Source: a bacterium (GTDB lineage Bacteria; Bacteroidota; Ignavibacteria; UBA10030). From it: 64,000 nt of DNA. A program made the translations under genes and the position numbers. How positions within the stretch are numbered: position 1 is the first letter of the stretch; every line of letters starts with the position of its first letter. The notes under the pieces are model-generated. The model was not told the origin of the DNA, searched no databases, and saw nothing but the letters and a program-made list of their open reading frames with translations. Positions 58,605 through 64,000 of this stretch are shown here, in pieces. The DNA lies in contig JAZDJN010000016.1 of NCBI GenBank assembly GCA_043803945.1, positions 224,812-288,811 on the forward strand, given 5' to 3'.

Positions 58605-59795
58605 TTATCGATCGACCTCACCGAGCACGATGTCAACACTGCCGGCAATCAGGACAATGTCGGCGATCATTACACCGCGGGAAATCTCCGGTAAGGCTTG
58701 TAAATTAGAAAATGCCGGTGCGCGCCCTTTCACACGGAATGGGCTGCTCGTACCATCGCTCATGATATAGAATCCGAGTTCACCCCGGGGAGTCTCTGTC
58801 CGTGCATAGATCTCTAATCCGGGCTCAGGACGAATTCTCTTTGGAATCGCTGCCTGAACATTTCCCTCAGGAATCTTATCAATTGCCTGTTCAACAATGT
58901 TTAGACTTTGCTCCATCTCGCGCATACGAACAATATGACGATCCCAGCAATCGCCTACTGCTCCAACCTCGCCCTTACCGACCTGGGGTTCCCACGCGAA
59001 ACGGTCATAGATAGAATAGGGATCATCGCGTCGAAGATCCCAATTCACTCCCGATCCTCTCAACATCGGTCCGCTGCAGCCAAAGTTGATTGCAACATCG
59101 GCGGGAAGCACTCCCACGTTTGCTGTTCGCTTGATAAAGATCTCGTTGTAGGTCAGGAGATCATTCACCATTTTAATACGGGGGCGGAAATACTTGCAAA
59201 ACGCCTTGGTCTTCTCGACAAATTGCGGTGGAATATCGTGCGAAAGCCCGCCAATCCACATGTAGTTATACAACAGACGTGCGCCGCATGTCATCTCAAA
59301 GAGATTGAGTATCATCTCCCGATCGATGAAGCAATAGAGAAACGGCGTGAATGCACCTGCGTCGATTCCATAAGTACCAACGGCAATCAGATGGCTTGCG
59401 ATTCTCTGCAGCTCAGCCATTATGACGCGGATATATTCTACCCGTTCGGGCACCTGGATTTTCAGCATCCTCTCCATCGCCACAACGAAGCTGAAATCGT
59501 TCGTCATCGAAGAGCAGTAGTCCATCCGGTCTGCATAGGGAATGACTTGTTGATAATTGGTCATCTGCTCGCAATGCTTCTCAAAACAACGATGGAGATA
59601 GCCAATATGGGGAATGACATCGACTACGATTTCACCGTCGAGAATGACTTCAAGCCGAAGCACTCCGTGAGTCGATGGGTGTTGCGGGCCCATATTAACG
59701 ATCATTTCCTCGGTGCGTAATGTTTTCCCGCTCGAGGTTTTTAATTCGCCATGCTTGAATACATAGTTTGTCGGAAGAGATTTAGTTTCAACCAT
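58605..59795 (-). CDS. nuoD: NADH-quinone oxidoreductase subunit D
   Basis: 49-kDa subunit. Typical NuoD N-terminus ([15 protein letters not shown]) and C-terminus ([12 protein letters not shown]...[10 protein letters not shown]). Confidence 0.92.
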   Translation of the reverse strand: MVETKSLPTNYVFKHGELKTSSGKTLRTEEMIVNMGPQHPSTHGVLRLEVILDGEIVVDVIPHIGYLHRCFEKHCEQMTNYQQVIPYADRMDYCSSMTNDFSFVVAMERMLKIQVPERVEYIRVIMAELQRIASHLIAVGTYGIDAGAFTPFLYCFIDREMILNLFEMTCGARLLYNYMWIGGLSHDIPPQFVEKTKAFCKYFRPRIKMVNDLLTYNEIFIKRTANVGVLPADVAINFGCSGPMLRGSGVNWDLRRDDPYSIYDRFAWEPQVGKGEVGAVGDCWDRHIVRMREMEQSLNIVEQAIDKIPEGNVQAAIPKRIRPEPGLEIYARTETPRGELGFYIMSDGTSSPFRVKGRAPAFSNLQALPEISRGVMIADIVLIAGSVDIVLGEVDR

Positions 59796-59811
59796 CGATC
59801 AATACTCTGGT

Positions 59812-60288
59812 CTAGTATGGAACTTTCATGCCGTTGTAAAATTCAGGAGTCTTATAGTCTTTCCTGAGTGGATATCCTTCCCAATCGTATGGAAGGAGTA
59901 TTCGACGCAAATCTGGATGTTCGTCGAAGACAATACCGAAAAGATCGAATGCCTCACGCTCGTGCCAGTTAGCCGTTGCCCACACCTCGCTCACCGTTTG
60001 CACATGAGGATCATCCTTTGTGCATTCAGCTTTCAACACAATCTTATGTTTGAATGGAATTGAGGAGAGATGATAGACAACCCCGAGCTTTCCGTTATTG
60101 TAATCGATCCCGCTCAGGGACATCAGGAAATCGAATTGCATGGAGGCAGTGTCGCGGAGGAAGAATCCCACTTTTTTCAACTTCGCGGGGGCAATTTTAA
60201 TCCAGGGTTGGAGAACATCCAGCCTGGATTCAAGGATTGCCTCTCCGAATTGCTCTTTTAATACAGTTAGAATTTCTTGAGCGGTCAT
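59812..60288 (-). CDS. nuoC: NADH-quinone oxidoreductase subunit C
   Basis: 30-kDa subunit, 158 aa (LSGIDY...YHLSS...ATANWHEREAFDLFGIVFDEHPDLRRIL). Confidence 0.9.
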   Translation of the reverse strand: MTAQEILTVLKEQFGEAILESRLDVLQPWIKIAPAKLKKVGFFLRDTASMQFDFLMSLSGIDYNNGKLGVVYHLSSIPFKHKIVLKAECTKDDPHVQTVSEVWATANWHEREAFDLFGIVFDEHPDLRRILLPYDWEGYPLRKDYKTPEFYNGMKVPY

Positions 60289-60294
60289 TCTATG

Positions 60295-60723
60295 TTATTC
60301 TTTTATTTGAAATTGTATCATTAATGGTATGCTTGCAACATCTATCCATTTATTCGGTGTTTCTTCATATGAAACATTAAATAGATGACGACCTCCCCTT
60401 TTTATAGGTAAGCCACCGATTTTCGTTATTGTTCGAAATCGGGAATGTGCAGTTAAATCGAGCTCATAGATTTGCTCTTTAATAACTTCTCCAGAAGGAT
60501 CAAGTTGCCTCATTTTACACCTTTTTTTCTCGGGTTTGTCAATTGGGAATCTTTCCCAGAGGCTAACTACATCAAAATTAAATGGTACTATGCCTACTTG
60601 CCCTTCAATTGGGGGTGTTCCTATAACTGTCAATTGTTCAACTACTTGAATTAAGCTAATATTTTTGGTCCCCTCATCGATTACACTGTTCGTACAGAGA
60701 ACAGTCCAAATGTGATTAATCAT
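60295..60723 (-). CDS. Hypothetical protein (142 aa), third gene of an AT-rich cassette inserted between nuoB and nuoC
   Basis: Clean ATG-initiated ORF, 6 nt upstream of the nuoC start and 11 nt after the previous gene. About 35% GC against about 48% for flanking nuo genes. No recognisable family. Confidence 0.5.
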   Translation of the reverse strand: MINHIWTVLCTNSVIDEGTKNISLIQVVEQLTVIGTPPIEGQVGIVPFNFDVVSLWERFPIDKPEKKRCKMRQLDPSGEVIKEQIYELDLTAHSRFRTITKIGGLPIKRGGRHLFNVSYEETPNKWIDVASIPLMIQFQIKE

Positions 60724-60734
60724 ATCTCACCTTG

Positions 60735-61340
60735 TCAATTCAATACATTAGCTGAACAGAGAACAATTTGATTATCCTCAGAAGCATTCAACTGTGCACA
60801 TAAGAAAGGTTGATGTTTCTCAGAAGTACCTCGTGAAAATACTTCAAATATCTTAGTGAATGGTAAAGAGTAATTTGGCAATGAGATAATTATCGATTCA
60901 CCAACCTCAAAATTCTTTGAATAAAATTCAGTGCCTTGGAATATAACTTGATGAAAGCTTATCACGTTATTATCAATTTGTCTATTGAGAAGAAAGTGTG
61001 CTGATAATTTCTTTGACCACCAACAATTAGGAGTATTCAATATGGTCTCAGCCATAATTTTTACATATTCTTGGTTATTGTCATTCATCAGCCAAAGATA
61101 AATCGTAAGGGGGGTGTCGAAAGGATGTTCATATCTAAGATCAATACTCTGTTGAGATAAGTTCAAAAACCTTGAAAAGATATACCTTTGAATTCTATTA
61201 TCCTTTAATTGTAAAGAAAGATATTGAACACATTCCTCGGTTTGGGCACCTTTGATAAAAGTTAAAAAATCACTCGCCACTCTCAATCTTGCAGAAAATT
61301 CATGACTTTCAATTATTATTATTGATTCTTTTAGATTCAT
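60735..61340 (-). CDS. Hypothetical protein (201 aa), second gene of the nuo-embedded cassette
   Basis: Its start overlaps the upstream gene's stop (TAATG at 61338-61342). AT-rich. No recognisable family. Confidence 0.5.
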   Translation of the reverse strand: MNLKESIIIIESHEFSARLRVASDFLTFIKGAQTEECVQYLSLQLKDNRIQRYIFSRFLNLSQQSIDLRYEHPFDTPLTIYLWLMNDNNQEYVKIMAETILNTPNCWWSKKLSAHFLLNRQIDNNVISFHQVIFQGTEFYSKNFEVGESIIISLPNYSLPFTKIFEVFSRGTSEKHQPFLCAQLNASEDNQIVLCSANVLN

Positions 61341-61861
61341 TATAAACCTCTCCTTTCAGACCAAAATTCGCTTGGCTTTCCTAGAATAGGAGGAAGAATA
61401 TCTATGGGATGAAAATATTCACCATGGTCACCCCATTTGCTTAAGACAATGAAAGAACGAGTTGCATCTTCAAGATTAAATTTTACATGATATATCTTTG
61501 CAATGTGAGTAATTTCATGAGTGGATTGATTGCGGTAAATTACTAAATCACCTTCCTTAAGCTGAGTTTCATCGGTTATCCTGTAATAACCGTCATCTGT
61601 AAATATCAATTCTAGATATTTAGGATCAATCCTTGTCCTACGAGAGGAAAATATCATTCCCACACAATTATATGTAGATGTAATTGATCGTGGTTTAGCA
61701 TCAGGATAAGCGACTGCAAAAGCTTTTTTTGCTATTATTTGCTTTTGAGGGATCAACTCCATCCCTCTCGAATTAGGAATATCATTCTTCTTGGCTGTAG
61801 CTAATGGAATATAGGAAGGATCTCTAGGTGTTTCAGCTCCAATTATTATCTCAGCAGTCAT
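61340..61861 (-). CDS. Cytoplasmic NlpC/P60-like (papain-fold) cysteine hydrolase, first gene of the nuo-embedded cassette
   Basis: Cys motif STYNCVGMIF (cf. DCSGLV), then EGDLVIYRNQ...THEITHIAKIYH (cf. PGDLVFF...HVGIYIG), then a third His in EYFHPID. No signal peptide. Starts 8 nt after the nuoB stop. Confidence 0.5.
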   Translation of the reverse strand: MTAEIIIGAETPRDPSYIPLATAKKNDIPNSRGMELIPQKQIIAKKAFAVAYPDAKPRSITSTYNCVGMIFSSRRTRIDPKYLELIFTDDGYYRITDETQLKEGDLVIYRNQSTHEITHIAKIYHVKFNLEDATRSFIVLSKWGDHGEYFHPIDILPPILGKPSEFWSERRGL

Positions 61862-61869
61862 AAGTACTC

Positions 61870-62364
61870 TTAAGCTGATTTCTTCTTGGCTAAACTTTCT
61901 TTTCTAATTTTTTCCTGAAGCTTTATAATGCCTTCCAGAAGTGCTTCGGGACGCGGGGGGCAACCCGGCACATACACATCAACCGGAATAACCCGGTCGA
62001 CGCCTTTCAATACATGGTATCCATGTTCCCAATATGGCCCGCCGCAATTCGCGCAGCTTCCCATCGAGAGCACATAGCGGGGTTCTGCCATCTGGTCGTA
62101 TAAGCGCTTGATGCGTGAAGCCATTTTTAGTGTTACCGTGCCGGAGACAAACATCACATCGATTTGCCGCGGCGTTGCCCGTGGAATGATACCGAACCTC
62201 ATAATATCGAAGTGTGATGCAGAGGCCGCCATCATTTCGATGGCACAACAAGCAAGTCCAAATTGCATCTGATAAAGCGATGAAAGCCTCGCCCAATTTA
62301 ATAAATTGTCAAGGGAAGTGATGAAGACATTTCCATTCTCAAACCGCTGATCAAGTAGTCCCAT
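61870..62364 (-). CDS. nuoB: NADH-quinone oxidoreductase subunit B
   Basis: N2 cluster ligands CCAIE...[10 protein letters not shown]...PGCPP; 164 aa. Confidence 0.92.
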   Translation of the reverse strand: MGLLDQRFENGNVFITSLDNLLNWARLSSLYQMQFGLACCAIEMMAASASHFDIMRFGIIPRATPRQIDVMFVSGTVTLKMASRIKRLYDQMAEPRYVLSMGSCANCGGPYWEHGYHVLKGVDRVIPVDVYVPGCPPRPEALLEGIIKLQEKIRKESLAKKKSA

Positions 62365-62412
62365 AAGCAGGTTATCCCATTTCTATTTCAACTATCATGT
62401 CGTAGGAAGTTC

Positions 62413-62841
62413 TTACAGTTTTTGCTCTAGCGCAGCAGGCATAGAAAAGGAGGGGCGATTAATTGTCGGCACCTGGGGACGAGGTTTATCCCAATCCAGA
62501 TCACCCTTCACCCACACATAGGCAAATCCCACAAAGAGGATGACGAGAAAAATTGCCATTTCAATGAATCCAAAGATTCCCAGGCCGCGATAGACAAGGG
62601 CCCAGGGAAGCAGGAAGACTACTTCGACATCGAATATTAAAAAGATCAGAGCAATGACATAGAAGCGGACATTGAGCTTGATCCAGGCACTGCCGACAGG
62701 TTCTTCACCGCATTCATAGGTTGCATTCTTGGCCGGGTAGCGTCTGTTTGGCCGGAGGATCCAAGCGGCCATTAATCCAACAGCAACAAAGACAGTGCCG
62801 ATCAGGATGAAGATGAGAATTTTTCCAAATTCGGTTAACAT
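62413..62841 (-). CDS. nuoA: NADH-quinone oxidoreductase subunit A
   Basis: 3-TM subunit. Start taken at MLTEFGKILIF (62841) rather than the track's extended 62940; ...YECGEEP...FLIFDVEVVFLLPWA. Confidence 0.85.
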   Translation of the reverse strand: MLTEFGKILIFILIGTVFVAVGLMAAWILRPNRRYPAKNATYECGEEPVGSAWIKLNVRFYVIALIFLIFDVEVVFLLPWALVYRGLGIFGFIEMAIFLVILFVGFAYVWVKGDLDWDKPRPQVPTINRPSFSMPAALEQKL

Positions 62842-63029
62842 CGATGTCTCCTCGGAGAAAATTTCCTCATACAACTTCACATTCCACAAAAAATGGTTGT
62901 TCAATATAAAGAGAGTTCGACCATAAGTCAAGAAATACACTTGATTCTATTGAGTCTTTTGCCGTATAAAGTTTGGGATTCTCTATAATGAGAATTGAGA
63001 GTAGGAGATACCTTTTTCGCTCACGCACA

Positions 63030-63977
63030 TTAAGAACTTGTTTCCGAGTCTCCTTTTGCTTTGCGCTGCAATTGTCCTTCAATCCGTTTCGCACTGGGAG
63101 TAATCGATAATCCACCAAGACCCGTACACCTTAGCGTGTAGGGGAGGCTTCTGCCAACAGCATCGAACGCTTGGAGAACCTCATCAAGCGGAATGAGATG
63201 TTGGTAATCGGCCAATGCCATATTTGCACATGCCAGAGCATTTACAGCCGCCATTACATTTTTCCCGAGGCACGGCGCCTCAACCCGATTTGCAATCGGA
63301 TCACAGGTCATACCAAACGAATTTTGTAATGCGAATGAAGCAGCGGATAAAGATTGCTGGAGAGTTCCCCCAGCAAGATGCACTAAGCCCGCCGCAGCCA
63401 TTCCAGCAGCAGAGCCGCACTCTGCCTGACATCCGGCACTTTCAGCGGCAAAAGTTGAGCGCTCCGCAATAAACACGCCAATTACTCCGGCAGCAAGCAT
63501 CGCCTTGACAATTTCATCGTCGTCGAGATGAAGTGCATCACCCGTTCCGAGCAGCGCACCGGGCAGAGTACCACAAGAGCCTGCTGTAGGGGCGGCGACA
63601 ATGATCCCCATTGAACTCTTCACTTCCAGCATTGCTGTGACGTAGAGGATAATTCTGTTTAATACGGAGCCCTCGACAAGCCGGTTCTCCTCCATCTTAG
63701 TTTTAAAACGGAGCGACTGAACAGGAAGAATTCTGTCGGCATAGTCAGTCCCTTTCAGCCCCGAATCGAGTGAGCGCCTGAGGAGTTGGACAATTTCCCT
63801 CATCTTATCGATGACGTATTCTCCTGTAAAATTCCCCCGCTCCGCCTCGTAAGCAACCGCAAGTTCCCAGAGTGCAAGATTCTTCCCTTCATTGAACTTC
63901 AACATTTCCTCGCTAGTGGAAAATGGAACTGTCATTCCTTTCCGTGCAAGCACGGGTAACACCGGTTGTATGACCAC
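63030..63977 (-). CDS. sdaAA: L-serine dehydratase, iron-sulfur-dependent, alpha subunit (N-terminus at or beyond the window edge)
   Basis: VAAPTAGSCGTLPGAL, SAASFALQNSFGMTCDPIANRVEAPCLGKN motifs. The ORF reaches 63977 and may extend past 64000. Confidence 0.75.
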   Translation of the reverse strand: MVIQPVLPVLARKGMTVPFSTSEEMLKFNEGKNLALWELAVAYEAERGNFTGEYVIDKMREIVQLLRRSLDSGLKGTDYADRILPVQSLRFKTKMEENRLVEGSVLNRIILYVTAMLEVKSSMGIIVAAPTAGSCGTLPGALLGTGDALHLDDDEIVKAMLAAGVIGVFIAERSTFAAESAGCQAECGSAAGMAAAGLVHLAGGTLQQSLSAASFALQNSFGMTCDPIANRVEAPCLGKNVMAAVNALACANMALADYQHLIPLDEVLQAFDAVGRSLPYTLRCTGLGGLSITPSAKRIEGQLQRKAKGDSETSS

Positions 63978-64000
63978 AATGGAAGCAGCATGGGTAAGCT

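Overview
This 64 kb window is mostly housekeeping chromosome from a bacterium that looks like a member of the FCB group (Bacteroidota / Ignavibacteriota / Chlorobiota-like). The clues are a T9SS C-terminal sorting domain, an 11-subunit nuoABCDHIJKLMN complex I lacking nuoEFG, type-A RNase P RNA, several sigma-54 activators, and about 45-50% GC.

Layout, with coordinates from the supplied ORF track where available and my own start refinements accurate to about +/-2 nt:
- + strand, 1-1.5 kb: lgt 3' end, a glutaredoxin-like membrane protein, rlmB.
- - strand, 1.6-16.4 kb: NtrC-type regulator, a secreted hypothetical, an MFS/spermidine-synthase/TPR fusion, meaB, purD, a GT4 glycosyltransferase, an M24 peptidase, guaB, an acyl-CoA dehydrogenase, a second NtrC-type regulator and a stand-alone REC protein.
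- + strand, 16.6-25.4 kb: a REC-HisKA protein with no ATPase domain, nif3, a COG1579 zinc-ribbon protein, rnhA, RNase P RNA (rnpB), recJ, ruvC, ruvA, ruvB, and mpg carrying a C-free polypurine insertion.
- 25.5-29.1 kb: a DUF2283 gene preceded by a palindromic 15-mer array that has truncated its DUF4258 partner, then a large FG-GAP / T9SS-sorted protein broken by one in-frame TAA.
- 29.2-33.2 kb: an AT-rich island with a divergent sigma/anti-sigma pair, a nucleotidyltransferase plus small-protein pair, and an orphan HicB-like gene.
- 33.3-39.5 kb, - strand: uvrA, a DUF58 protein, two tandem TPR lipoproteins, rsmB.
- 39.5-46.1 kb, - strand: a GC-rich structured spacer, clpB, dnaK, and three tandem hsp20 genes. 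The middle hsp20 is frameshifted in a GA tract, and a consensus sigma-54 promoter sits upstream of the cluster.
- 46.4-50.3 kb: M28 peptidase, birA, coaX (+), then a REC protein (-).
- 50.4-62.8 kb, - strand: the nuo operon.
- 63.0 kb to the window edge: sdaAA.

The most unusual feature is a tightly coupled, AT-rich three-gene cassette wedged between nuoB and nuoC inside the complex I operon. It encodes a cytoplasmic NlpC/P60-like cysteine hydrolase and two unknown proteins.

No tRNA, rRNA, CRISPR array or transposase was recognised.
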